Of a stretch of DNA of 64,000 bases, positions 9,683 through 19,150 are shown piece after piece. This DNA comes from Candidatus Gastranaerophilales bacterium (GTDB lineage Bacteria > Cyanobacteriota > Vampirovibrionia > Gastranaerophilales > Gastranaerophilaceae): the NCBI GenBank assembly GCA_944324395.1, contig CALUWC010000005.1, positions 32,366-96,365 of the forward strand. Reading direction: 5' to 3'. Position numbers and translations under genes: made by a program. The notes beneath the pieces were generated by a model that was not told where the DNA came from, did no database searches, and saw only the letters and a program-made list of their open reading frames with translations. Numbering within the stretch: the stretch's first letter is position 1; each line of letters starts with the position of its first letter.

Positions 9683-10389
9683 TAAATTTCTTTTAGTACC
9701 TCACTGATTATTGCTAACTGGGATTCTATAGTTGCATCAATTACACCGTTTGTGGTTGTAAGTATGCAGCCTCCCTGCATTATTGTTTCGTCCGGAATTA
9801 TTATGATTTTTGCTTCTAACCCCAGGTTTGATGCTTCTTCAGGAACGTCCTGCTTAAGTATAGATACTTGAGAAGGATGTACCTTTATAGTTATTTTTGT
9901 TTCTTCTTTAGATAAATTTTTCAGAATATCTTTGATATTTTCCAGAAGAATTGTTGAATCTTCTGTCATTTCTTTTTTAATGATTTTTTTTGCTATTTCA
10001 AAACCTATATCCAGTATATCAGGGGCAATTTCATCAAATACACGTTGTTTTGCATCAAAAAATTCGCTGATGGCTTCTTTAACATGCTCGATATCTTCCT
10101 TTGCAGCACTAAGACCTTCGCTGTATCCTTCTTTTGCGGCGGCCTCTTTTATTGCTCCGGCTTCTTCTTTTGCTCTAGATATGAGATTTCTGTCATCAAT
10201 TCTTCTGAAACCTCTTCTTCTGTCGCCTTTTCTCCGCTCCTGACGCTGTTTAAAATCAATATTGTCCAAATCAAATATGTCGATATCCTTTGCTTTTTGA
10301 TCGGAATCGACTGCATTTTCATCTTGTGTCTGAGCAAATTGCTCAGCTTCTCCCTCAGCTGATTTTTTATGTTTCTTTTTTATTATCAT
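9682..10389 (-). CDS. fliH: Flagellar assembly protein FliH
   Basis: C-terminal GGCILTTTNGVIDATIESQL motif and a charged coiled N-terminal half. Its stop overlaps the flhA start by 1 nt (TAATG). Confidence 0.8.
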   Translation of the reverse strand: MIIKKKHKKSAEGEAEQFAQTQDENAVDSDQKAKDIDIFDLDNIDFKQRQERRKGDRRRGFRRIDDRNLISRAKEEAGAIKEAAAKEGYSEGLSAAKEDIEHVKEAISEFFDAKQRVFDEIAPDILDIGFEIAKKIIKKEMTEDSTILLENIKDILKNLSKEETKITIKVHPSQVSILKQDVPEEASNLGLEAKIIIIPDETIMQGGCILTTTNGVIDATIESQLAIISEVLKEI

Positions 10390-10401
10390 GATACAACATT
10401 A

Positions 10402-11397
10402 TTATACACTATCAGCCAGATGTGTGGCAACAATACTTGCAACTTTCGGAGGCATTTTATCATAGTATTTGCCCTCCATTGCGTTAAATACAAGACGTTT
10501 GACCCCCATGCGTTCTCTTATTAACATTGTATCTAAATCTTTACTTGAATATTTTGATGTAAATTTCTTTAACCTTAAGACAACTCTGCTCGGAGTTAAA
10601 TCTGTATTTTTTGGTAAAGTCGTTTTTATTTCCTGCAGACATCTCAAAGCATTTTGAGCTCCGACACGCTGAGCTAAGTCCGGCATACGCATAAATTTAA
10701 CGACCATTTGTGCATCTTCGGAGCCAAATTTGTCCAAAATAGTTTGTACTTTGTCTTGATTCATTTTCTTAAATAACATAGCTACAGTTGCAAGTTTTAA
10801 TACTTTTGAATCAACTTTAGGAAATTCTATAGCTCCTCCGGCGGCATTATTTTGTTGAGGTATAGGGGTACCGTCTGTAGCGGCCGGCGGCTGTGGATTT
10901 TGCATTTCTTGAGCCATTCTATCCATATTAGATTGTGAAGCTGCAAATTCCATTAAACCTTCATCTATTGCACCTTTGTTTTTTAGTTCGCCTAAGGCTT
11001 CAATATAGGCTTTTTTGACATGATGTTCTATAAGTTCTAATATTTTATCATTTGGCAAGCCTTGAGAGAATGTTTGTTTTGCAATTTCAAATATAGTATA
11101 TGCAATTTTTTGCATAATTGTATCCCAGTATTGCTGAGGAATTCCTGAACGTATTAAATCCACGGACTTATGAAAAGACCATTCCGCAATAATCTGGGTT
11201 ATTGTGATAGCTTGATCTTCATTAAAATTAAGATTAGGATCTTCGGCAAGAGCTTTTCCTGAAAGAAGTGCAAAATTACCGAGAGTATTAACGACGTATT
11301 GTTTTTGTACATCGTTAAAATCCGGAGGTACAAGCTCTTGTGCCTGTGCAGCTAAATTCTGTGCAAAAGTTTCATAATCAAAATTTTGAGTAGCCAT
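10402..11397 (-). CDS. Protein in the fliG position; only the C-terminal ~135 aa resemble the FliG N-terminal (FliF-binding) domain
   Basis: Sits between fliF and fliH. KLATVAMLFKKMNQDKVQTILDKFGSEDAQMVVKF aligns by eye with FliG_N (KAAVLLVALGPEKAAQVMKHLDEETVEQLVVEI). EHPQxIA and MFxFE(D/N)L motifs not found. Confidence 0.5.
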   Translation of the reverse strand: MATQNFDYETFAQNLAAQAQELVPPDFNDVQKQYVVNTLGNFALLSGKALAEDPNLNFNEDQAITITQIIAEWSFHKSVDLIRSGIPQQYWDTIMQKIAYTIFEIAKQTFSQGLPNDKILELIEHHVKKAYIEALGELKNKGAIDEGLMEFAASQSNMDRMAQEMQNPQPPAATDGTPIPQQNNAAGGAIEFPKVDSKVLKLATVAMLFKKMNQDKVQTILDKFGSEDAQMVVKFMRMPDLAQRVGAQNALRCLQEIKTTLPKNTDLTPSRVVLRLKKFTSKYSSKDLDTMLIRERMGVKRLVFNAMEGKYYDKMPPKVASIVATHLADSV

Positions 11398-11410
11398 TTA
11401 TTTTAACCTT

Positions 11411-13081
11411 TTATCCTTCTTTTGCCGAGCCTTCTTCTATCCAGCTCTTTATTTTTTCAGCGGATTCTTCTGTTATTTCACTGGAGATGCTGTCTAAAGA
11501 ATCTGTAAGCAGACTTTCATCAAATTGAGGTATAGCTGCTCTTTGCTGTTGATTGATTAAATCCTGAGCCAGTTCAGATTGTCTTTGTGTCAGCTGGCTT
11601 GCTCTTGAATTGATATCTTTCAATTGTTTTTCCTGTTCCAGTGCTTGCTGGCGAAGAGATTCAACTTCCATTTCATTTTCTTCTCTTATACGTTTTACTT
11701 TAGCTGAAATTGCCTTAAATATTATTATCAAACCTAAACCGGATAAAAGCAGGGCAAGCCACCATGGATTTCCTGTATCATCAACTTTAGGTTGATTTTG
11801 CTGTCTGTCAGGAGTAAGATACGGATCGGTTGAATTAGTAAATGCAATGGATACATCATTTGCTGTTACTTTTGGGCTTGCAGAACTTGCTATCAATTCT
11901 TTCAACTCTTCGATCGTTGTATCTGAAGGCATATTATTTCTATCTATTGTTACTGCTATTGAAATATCTTCTATTACACCCGGCTTTATGTATTCATTAG
12001 TTTGGGTTTTTGTTACTCCGTATTGAGTTTCCGTTGCCTGTCTTGAATAATTTCTTGACTGGCTGGAATCAGTTCCGCCTGTAGGTAATCCGTTAGGCAA
12101 ATATGTACTTACTGCATTTATACCCTGAGATTGATCCTGCGTTCTGTCTCCTAATCCTTCTCTGAATGATTGTTCTGAAACGGAAGCTTTTTTGGTAGGG
12201 TCATATTCTATGGAAAATCTTTCAACAGGAGCCTGACGTAAAAAGGTGCTGACTGTTGCAACATAATTCCCGGGACCAACCAATCTGTCTAGTTGTTTGG
12301 AAATTTTTTGCTGCATATATTTGTCATTTTCTTCCAATTTTTGCAGCATTTCATCTTCGGCATTCATAACACTGTGATAAACATTTCCGTTAGTATCCGT
12401 TATTGCAATGTTTTCAGCGGATATTCCGGTACTTCCTATAATAAGGTTTGTAATAGCTTTAACTTTTAACTGGTCAAGTTTTTCACCGGAAGGTATTACA
12501 ATTTGTACAGTTGCTGTTCTTGGTTTTTGTTCTTCAAACATGGAACCGTTTTCCTGAATAGAAATAAATACGGTAGCATTTTGAATTGGTTTTATTTGTT
12601 TTATAAGTCTTGCTAATTCTCCGTTCATAGCTCTTGCAAGACGTATTCTCTTATCTTCTTTGGTTGACGTAAAATCTCCCTTATCAAAAATCTCAAGACC
12701 TACATTTTGATCAACAAGACCGCTTTGGACAATAGCTATAATAGCATTATCTCTGTCTGTTACAGTACATTTTTTGGTTAATGTTGAACAATTTGCTTTA
12801 TTTAAATATAATTTAGATTTTGTACCGTCAAGAGATCTTTCTGCCGTAATTCCTTGTTTAGCAAGTAATGCTTGAATTTCTAATGCTTTGCCTAAGTTAT
12901 CTGTAGTCAATAAATCAACATTTGCTTTTAATGGTTCGCCGCCAAGGTTAGTTTCAGTTTTTCCTCCGCCATTGCTGCTTGCAATAGCAACACCTATAAC
13001 TACAATGGCAATCACCAGTACTACTCCTCCGAGTATGCCGTATAATAAAGGTTTATTTTCTAATAATTTACTAAAATCCAT
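11411..13081 (-). CDS. fliF: Flagellar MS-ring protein FliF
   Basis: 556 aa. N-terminal and C-proximal TM helices. YscJ/FliF periplasmic motifs (RAMNGELARLI, TATVQIV). Confidence 0.9.
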   Translation of the reverse strand: MDFSKLLENKPLLYGILGGVVLVIAIVVIGVAIASSNGGGKTETNLGGEPLKANVDLLTTDNLGKALEIQALLAKQGITAERSLDGTKSKLYLNKANCSTLTKKCTVTDRDNAIIAIVQSGLVDQNVGLEIFDKGDFTSTKEDKRIRLARAMNGELARLIKQIKPIQNATVFISIQENGSMFEEQKPRTATVQIVIPSGEKLDQLKVKAITNLIIGSTGISAENIAITDTNGNVYHSVMNAEDEMLQKLEENDKYMQQKISKQLDRLVGPGNYVATVSTFLRQAPVERFSIEYDPTKKASVSEQSFREGLGDRTQDQSQGINAVSTYLPNGLPTGGTDSSQSRNYSRQATETQYGVTKTQTNEYIKPGVIEDISIAVTIDRNNMPSDTTIEELKELIASSASPKVTANDVSIAFTNSTDPYLTPDRQQNQPKVDDTGNPWWLALLLSGLGLIIIFKAISAKVKRIREENEMEVESLRQQALEQEKQLKDINSRASQLTQRQSELAQDLINQQQRAAIPQFDESLLTDSLDSISSEITEESAEKIKSWIEEGSAKEG

Positions 13082-13126
13082 CTCTTGTCCCGTCGTCTGT
13101 AATTTAATTTAAATAATTATGTATAA

Positions 13127-13465
13127 TTATACTGAAATCTGAGAAATTCTATCGTATGCATTAATAACTTTACCTACAAGCTGAGTTGCAACGTTGATAC
13201 TGATTTCTGATTTTGACATGGCTGTCATTACATCATGGATATCGACATTCTGATTACCTGACATTACATCTTTTAATAGATTATCAGGGGCTTCCATTTC
13301 AGCATTCAGATTTTCTACTAAACCTGTAAATACCTGTTTGAAATTCTGGGTTTCGGGTTTTTCTACGCTGTCCATTCTTGCACTCGGCATTTTTCCGAAG
13401 CCTGTATCAAATTTCGTATGCTGAATTCTTGAAGCCAGATCATATTGTGGAAAATTACTTTGCAT
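13127..13465 (-). CDS. fliE: Flagellar hook-basal body protein FliE
   Basis: 112 aa. C-terminal VMTAMSKSEISINVATQLVGKVINAYDRISQISV is typical of FliE. Confidence 0.85.
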   Translation of the reverse strand: MQSNFPQYDLASRIQHTKFDTGFGKMPSARMDSVEKPETQNFKQVFTGLVENLNAEMEAPDNLLKDVMSGNQNVDIHDVMTAMSKSEISINVATQLVGKVINAYDRISQISV

Positions 13466-13712
13466 GTCTATACTACCTCTCTTTTTTATATTACCTTATG
13501 TTTGCACTTTTTTTCAATATATAAACTAAAAAATCAATCAAAAGGTGTAATTTTGCCTTTTAATATTGTTTTGCCTTATATTTAAGGATTTTTTCGGCAA
13601 AATCAACGGTAAGTGCTAATTTATATTGCTATTTTGAATTTTGTTTCTTCTAATTTGAATAAAATATATTTTAGGATATAATTTTTTTAGTCTTTATTTT
13701 TGAGGAGGAAAA

Positions 13713-14819
13713 ATGGATAAAGTTTTTTCAGGCGAAGTAACCTTATTAAAAGCTCTTGCGATTATGCTTGTGGTTTCAGGTCATTTGGAGTTTTCAATAT
13801 TCGGAATGTTTCCGCCATATTCATTTCAGCTGGCTTTGTTCTTCTTTATATCCGGTATGTTGTTCAAGGATAAATATTTAGATGATGTCGCTACTTATTT
13901 TAAACGCAGGATTAAATCTTTACTTGTGCCTTATTTTGCTTATGAAGCTGTATATTTGCTTATTACGCTGGCACTTGTTCCTGTAATAGGTGAATTTTTC
14001 GGTTCTCCGATTACTTTGAAAAATTTTTTCATAACTCCCTTTTTAAACGGTCATCAACTGTTGATGTGTGCTCCTTTATGGTTTGTTCCTCAATTATTCA
14101 TGACACTTATTGTATTTCTTTTCTTGATGAGAGTATTAAGACATATTGACAATAAATTTGTTCACCTGGCATTCTTTTCAATTTTAGGGTTTGCTTCAAT
14201 CCCAGTTTGGAAGATGCTTCCGGTTCATACTCCGCTTGCACTTATTGTTATTAGAACGACATTTTCTTTATTTTTTGTTTATTTAGGTCACTTTTATGTG
14301 AAATATATCAAAGATAATTATAATATTTTTACTCCGAAGTGGCTTGGTGCTGTTATTGTCTTTCAATCAATCTTATGGATGTTTAACAGAGATTATGATC
14401 CGGTGCATGGTATTGGTTTGAGTTATGTTCTTGTATGGTGCAGATTTGATGATCAGATAATTGTGCCGGTCTTTACTTCTCTCACCGGAATCTGGGTGTG
14501 TCTTTTGACGGTGAAGCTTTTGTATCCGTATTTGAAAGATGTAAAATTACTCCAGAGTATGGGCAAGGTTACTTATCATATTATGGCAAACCATCTGTTT
14601 GTTATGTATATGATTACTCTGATTATATTTAATATCAAAGGCATTCCGCTATCAGAAAAGGGTGATAAGATTTATTCAATTTATAACCCGGTTCAGACAA
14701 CGTATTTGTATTTTGTTGCAGTGATGCTGATAACTACATATTTTGGAGTTTTTCAGCAGTATATTTATAAGAAAGTTTCTACGGCAGTTTTAACCAAACT
14801 ACAGCATAAGGATACATAA
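13713..14819 (+). CDS. Acyltransferase-3 family integral membrane protein
   Basis: About 10 TM helices. N-terminal LKALAIMLVVSGH motif. Confidence 0.6.
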   Translation: MDKVFSGEVTLLKALAIMLVVSGHLEFSIFGMFPPYSFQLALFFFISGMLFKDKYLDDVATYFKRRIKSLLVPYFAYEAVYLLITLALVPVIGEFFGSPITLKNFFITPFLNGHQLLMCAPLWFVPQLFMTLIVFLFLMRVLRHIDNKFVHLAFFSILGFASIPVWKMLPVHTPLALIVIRTTFSLFFVYLGHFYVKYIKDNYNIFTPKWLGAVIVFQSILWMFNRDYDPVHGIGLSYVLVWCRFDDQIIVPVFTSLTGIWVCLLTVKLLYPYLKDVKLLQSMGKVTYHIMANHLFVMYMITLIIFNIKGIPLSEKGDKIYSIYNPVQTTYLYFVAVMLITTYFGVFQQYIYKKVSTAVLTKLQHKDT

Positions 14820-16857
14820 GAAGTCTGGTTTTCTTGTCTTTTAGAGAAACTCTCAGTTTGTATTCTTCATCAGTAAGAATATTTATTAAATAAGCTGTTT
14901 GTTTATGCGTCATTGCTTTTAACAATGTTTCTGCCGGAAGCTCAATTTCCGCAGTGCATCTTTTATCAGCCAAATTGTTAACTATAAGATATTTTTCTCC
15001 TTTGTAGCTTCTGATATATGCAAAAATATAAGGATCTTCTGTTTTTAAGATTGTTAATGAGCCTCTTCTTAGAGCAGGAATTTCTTTTCTTAAGGCAATC
15101 ATTTTTTGTACTTTGTGGAAGATTTTTCCGCTGTAAGTTTTTGTTGTTTTTGTAGCATCATAGAAAGTCTGTTGAGATAATGAACCTCTGTTAATATCTC
15201 TGGAATCAAAAAATGAGAGTAGTTTTATTTTACTTTTCTTTTGTTTTTTCTTTCTTAATTCCGCACTTTTTTTAGCGTTTGCAAAATTGTTTTTTGCTCC
15301 GATTTCATCACCGTAATAAATGATTGGAATTCCCGGCATAGAAAGCAGAACAGAAAATGCCATTTCTATATGGTCGTGGTCTTCGTCTAAGAAATTTGCC
15401 ATACGTCCGCTGACACCGAATCCTTTCCTAAAGGAAGCTCCTTTCGGTTCAAGTGCTTTATATATAAGTTCTCTCATTTCAGGAGTAACCATTTCAAGAG
15501 TTAATTCATCGTGAACTCTTAAAAATGTTGCCCAGCTTGCAGACTCAGGAATATTAGGTGTTTCTTTGACTGCTTGTTGAAAATATGAGCTGTCTTCAGT
15601 TATGAAACTTGCCCAGAGTGCAGGCATGTATGGAAAATTATATGCAATTTGAACTTCATCTGTTCTTTTTAATTCTCTTGGTTTTCCGTTGACAATTGTT
15701 TCGGTTTTCCTTTCTGTTCCGAAATATGGAATCACATCTTTCGGAAGCTGGCATGCTTCAGCTTGTAGAACTGATCTTGGAGCTACTGCCTGAAGATAAT
15801 TACTTAAAAGCTTTATAATTTCGTGTGTTCTTGGCAGGTTCTCTGCATTTGTTCCTTTTTCTTTTATTAAATAAGGAATTGCATCAAGTCTGAAAATATC
15901 AATACCCAAATTTGCCCAGTAATTCATTGTTTCCAGATTGTAGTAAAGTACGTCAGGATTTTCCCAGTTTATATCAAGCTGAAACGGGTAAAAAGTGTGG
16001 TATAAGTAGTAATCTTTACCGTTAATTGTAACTTTTCGGTAATTATTTTCTGTAATTTCAGGGAAAATCAATCTTCTTTTGCTGATAGAGCCGTCATCTT
16101 CTTTATATTCAAGAACTGTTCCCAATTTCGGGTCAACATATTTTGTATATTCCGGCATGCTTTCTCTTACTATGAAATTGTTAAGTTTATCAACATCACC
16201 TTTCAATGCCTGCTGAAACCATTCGTGTTGATCTGAAAAATGATTTAACACAAGGTCGGCTTTAATGTTAAATCCTTTATCTTTTGCAGCTTTAATGAAT
16301 TGTTCAAACTGAACTTTCCCGCCTAAATCTTTTCTTACATTTTGCGGATTTTTGACATCAAATCCTGAATCCTCCATTGGGGAATCTGCAAAAGGAAGCA
16401 TATAAATTGTAGTAACACCTAATTCTTTTAAGTAATCAAGCATATTGATTGTGTCTTTAAATTGATTAGGTTTTTCCGGTGTAATTGTTCCAAACTGGTC
16501 AACGTAGAACATATAAATTACTTCATCTTTATACCAGTCGCTTTCTCTTGTCAAATCTTCCTGTTTTAATTTTTCACTTCGCTGAGCTTTTGCTTTTTCT
16601 GCAATCTTTACAATATTATTGTATATTTCGTCAGTTTTTTCGCCCCCGTATATTTTTGAAATGTTCAAACGCATTTCTTTTTCTAATTTCGGTGAAATTA
16701 CTGCAGGTTCTCTGGTTACATAAACTCCTGTTTCATCTAATGTCGTTGAAATTTCTGCAGGTTCGGCAGTTGCTTGAGTATTTGCAAATGCAAAATCAGG
16801 AGCAGTATTCATTATCAATAAACTTAACAATAATAATGATATTCTATATTTTTTCAT
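14779..16857 (-). CDS. GH13 alpha-amylase-family enzyme (trehalose synthase / amylosucrase-like) with signal peptide
   Basis: GH13 regions DLVLNHFSDQHEWF, IDIFRLDAIPYL and FLRVHDELTLE. N-terminal MKKYRISLLLLSLLIMNTAPDFAFA. Confidence 0.85.
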   Translation of the reverse strand: MKKYRISLLLLSLLIMNTAPDFAFANTQATAEPAEISTTLDETGVYVTREPAVISPKLEKEMRLNISKIYGGEKTDEIYNNIVKIAEKAKAQRSEKLKQEDLTRESDWYKDEVIYMFYVDQFGTITPEKPNQFKDTINMLDYLKELGVTTIYMLPFADSPMEDSGFDVKNPQNVRKDLGGKVQFEQFIKAAKDKGFNIKADLVLNHFSDQHEWFQQALKGDVDKLNNFIVRESMPEYTKYVDPKLGTVLEYKEDDGSISKRRLIFPEITENNYRKVTINGKDYYLYHTFYPFQLDINWENPDVLYYNLETMNYWANLGIDIFRLDAIPYLIKEKGTNAENLPRTHEIIKLLSNYLQAVAPRSVLQAEACQLPKDVIPYFGTERKTETIVNGKPRELKRTDEVQIAYNFPYMPALWASFITEDSSYFQQAVKETPNIPESASWATFLRVHDELTLEMVTPEMRELIYKALEPKGASFRKGFGVSGRMANFLDEDHDHIEMAFSVLLSMPGIPIIYYGDEIGAKNNFANAKKSAELRKKKQKKSKIKLLSFFDSRDINRGSLSQQTFYDATKTTKTYSGKIFHKVQKMIALRKEIPALRRGSLTILKTEDPYIFAYIRSYKGEKYLIVNNLADKRCTAEIELPAETLLKAMTHKQTAYLINILTDEEYKLRVSLKDKKTRLLMYPYAVVWLKLP

Positions 16858-16886
16858 GATTCTATCCCTTATTTATTAAATTGGAG

Positions 16887-17336
16887 TTATTTTTGTTCTT
16901 CAAGTTCTTTTCTGATATCGTCGACTGATACTCTTACAATAGGAGAATTTTCATCTTTTTTTAGAACACAGTTTTTTATACCTGATTGTACAATAAATCT
17001 TTTGCATAAAATACAAATAAAGTTATGACCCCAGATGTATATAGTTGCATCTTTGCATCTGTCTTGTCCTGCTTGTATAATTGCATTTTGTTCTGCATGT
17101 ATTGATCTGCAGGTTTCGTATTTTGTACCGGATGGAATATTATTCTTTATTCTGTAGCATTCTCCTCTTTCAGCACAAGACTCTACTTTTGACGGAGTCC
17201 CGTTGTAGCCGGTAGCTTTAATTTTTTTGTCTTCTCCAACTATTACAGCACCGACCTGTGCTCTTATACAGTTCGAGCGAGTTGCACAGGTTTTTGCCAG
17301 ATCTAAAAAATATTCGTCCCAAGGTTTAATTTCCAT
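16887..17336 (-). CDS. dCMP deaminase (ComEB-type cytidine/deoxycytidylate deaminase)
   Basis: HAEQNAI zinc motif and a CxxC (CILC) motif, 149 aa. Confidence 0.85.
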   Translation of the reverse strand: MEIKPWDEYFLDLAKTCATRSNCIRAQVGAVIVGEDKKIKATGYNGTPSKVESCAERGECYRIKNNIPSGTKYETCRSIHAEQNAIIQAGQDRCKDATIYIWGHNFICILCKRFIVQSGIKNCVLKKDENSPIVRVSVDDIRKELEEQK

Positions 17337-17347
17337 AATATTCCTCT

Positions 17348-18283
17348 TTAATATCTGTAATTTCTTATTCCTGTTGCAATCAGCGACAGGTTATATTTAT
17401 CTGCCAGCTTTGTGATTTTTTGCGAAGCGGAGCTGTCGCAGGCTTCAATAATTAAGCCTATACGGCCTTGAATTGCTGCATTTATAACTTCTTCATTCTC
17501 AATAACACCGTCCACAGCAAGAACAGCATCTTTTGATGTTTCGCAGGCTATATCCATTGCAGCTTCAACAATATCTATTCCGTTAGTGTTTCCCTGCACA
17601 ATAGCCTTTGTCGCCAAATCTTTGGCTATTACTGCAGATTTGGTTTTGGTATGTTTTACTATTTTCCAGGCAAAAATTGCATCTTCAGCTTGTTCCTGAG
17701 TCGGTTTTATTTTCCCTTTTACTTTGAATGAAGATTTTGAAAGTTTGCTGAGATTTTGTTCTTGTATTAGGTATCCGAACGGGGTTACTTTTATGTCTTT
17801 AGCAATAAACCCCAAAAGTTCCTGCAAGGGGCTTGCAACCTGAATGACGTTTATCTGTCGGTTATTTAGTAAAATTTCTAACGCATCTTTTCTAAATTGT
17901 GAAGCTATAACATTTTTAATGTTCATAGATATCAATTGTTTGGCAATTTCTGATGTAACGTCTTTACTAAAACCTATTGTGCTGTTGGTGATGGAAATAG
18001 GGTCGTTTTCTAAAATTTTACAAAAAGCGTCCTCTGAAGAACTACCCAAAGCCGCAGCACACAGAGCATTTTCTTTTGCAATAGCAGAAGCATTTACATC
18101 AAAAAACTCTCCGAGTATTTCTATTACTTTTGATAGATTTAAATAATCAATATATTCAAGATTTTTATTTTCGCTCAAAATGTTATATTCGATTCCGTCC
18201 TCTACGGGAGCCAGAAAAGCTTCCTGATTTGTATTTTCTCCGCAGGGAAGGTCGCTGAAATCGCTTATTTCTATTGTATTCAT
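17348..18283 (-). CDS. PurH C-terminal (AICAR formyltransferase)-like domain protein, divergent
   Basis: AIFAWKIVKHTKTKSAVIAK and the C-terminal ...ATGIRNYRY align by eye with PurH LLFAWKVAKFVKSNAIVYAK ... MRHFRH. The N-terminal IMP cyclohydrolase domain is absent. Confidence 0.65.
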   Translation of the reverse strand: MNTIEISDFSDLPCGENTNQEAFLAPVEDGIEYNILSENKNLEYIDYLNLSKVIEILGEFFDVNASAIAKENALCAAALGSSSEDAFCKILENDPISITNSTIGFSKDVTSEIAKQLISMNIKNVIASQFRKDALEILLNNRQINVIQVASPLQELLGFIAKDIKVTPFGYLIQEQNLSKLSKSSFKVKGKIKPTQEQAEDAIFAWKIVKHTKTKSAVIAKDLATKAIVQGNTNGIDIVEAAMDIACETSKDAVLAVDGVIENEEVINAAIQGRIGLIIEACDSSASQKITKLADKYNLSLIATGIRNYRY

Positions 18284-18377
18284 AATATCCCTCTTTTTAA
18301 TATGATGCTAGCATAAAGACATGTTACTATCAAGTTAATAAAACTTAAACTATGTTATGTATATTTTTGTTATTTTC

Positions 18378-18406
18378 TTGATAAAATTGTATGTCTTTAT
18401 TATAAT
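18378..18406 (+). promoter_or_regulatory. Sigma-70-like promoter
   Basis: TTGATA(18378-18383), 17 nt, TATAAT(18401-18406), upstream of the 18439 gene. Confidence 0.5.
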
Positions 18407-18438
18407 TGTGATGTTTAGAATGATAATTAAGAGGAAAT

Positions 18439-19137
18439 ATGGCGGTAGAGAATATGAATGAAGGAATGGGAAAGAAGATTGTTGAAGCTTTAAAAATGCA
18501 GACTATGGATCATTCCGACGGTGAAGTTTTTGTTAATGAAACTCCGGAAGTATCAGTTTCCGAAATTTCCCATGATAGCGGCAGTATGGAAGATGTACCT
18601 TCAGTTGAAGATTCTTCTGTTGATGAATCATTCATGAAAACGGTCAGTGAAAATATTCAACCGTCTATACATACCGAATTGCAAATGAAAGTTCAATCCC
18701 AGCTTCAGGAACAAGCTAATCAAATGCAATTTCAATCCGCTATGCAGCCTGCATCTTTCGTTGATAGTGCTTTCCAAAAAAGTTTGGCTCAGAATTTAGG
18801 TGCTGATTCTTTTGCTCAAGATGATTTTAATTATCCTCCAAATATTGCGGTTTTAAAACAGTTGATAGCAAAACTTCCGACAGGTGTTTCAAGACAAACA
18901 GGAGCTATTATTATTAAGCAAACAATGGAAGCTCTTGGTATATCTATGAGCAGTGTTTTGCAGGAAGCTAAACAATTTCAGGATTCTTTAAACTCTAATT
19001 CTAAAGAATGTCAAAATAATATAATGGAATATCGTAAACAAATAAGTCTTTTGGAAGCAAAATCACAGCAGTATCAGAGACAGTCTGCTGTGATGAGTGA
19101 TATTATAAATCTTTTTGTTCAAACCAGTGCCAGATAG
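18439..19137 (+). CDS. Hypothetical acidic, Gln/Ser-rich protein
   Basis: ORF with AAGAGGA SD and a canonical promoter. No family recognised. Confidence 0.65.
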   Translation: MAVENMNEGMGKKIVEALKMQTMDHSDGEVFVNETPEVSVSEISHDSGSMEDVPSVEDSSVDESFMKTVSENIQPSIHTELQMKVQSQLQEQANQMQFQSAMQPASFVDSAFQKSLAQNLGADSFAQDDFNYPPNIAVLKQLIAKLPTGVSRQTGAIIIKQTMEALGISMSSVLQEAKQFQDSLNSNSKECQNNIMEYRKQISLLEAKSQQYQRQSAVMSDIINLFVQTSAR

Positions 19138-19150
19138 TTATTCAGCTTTA

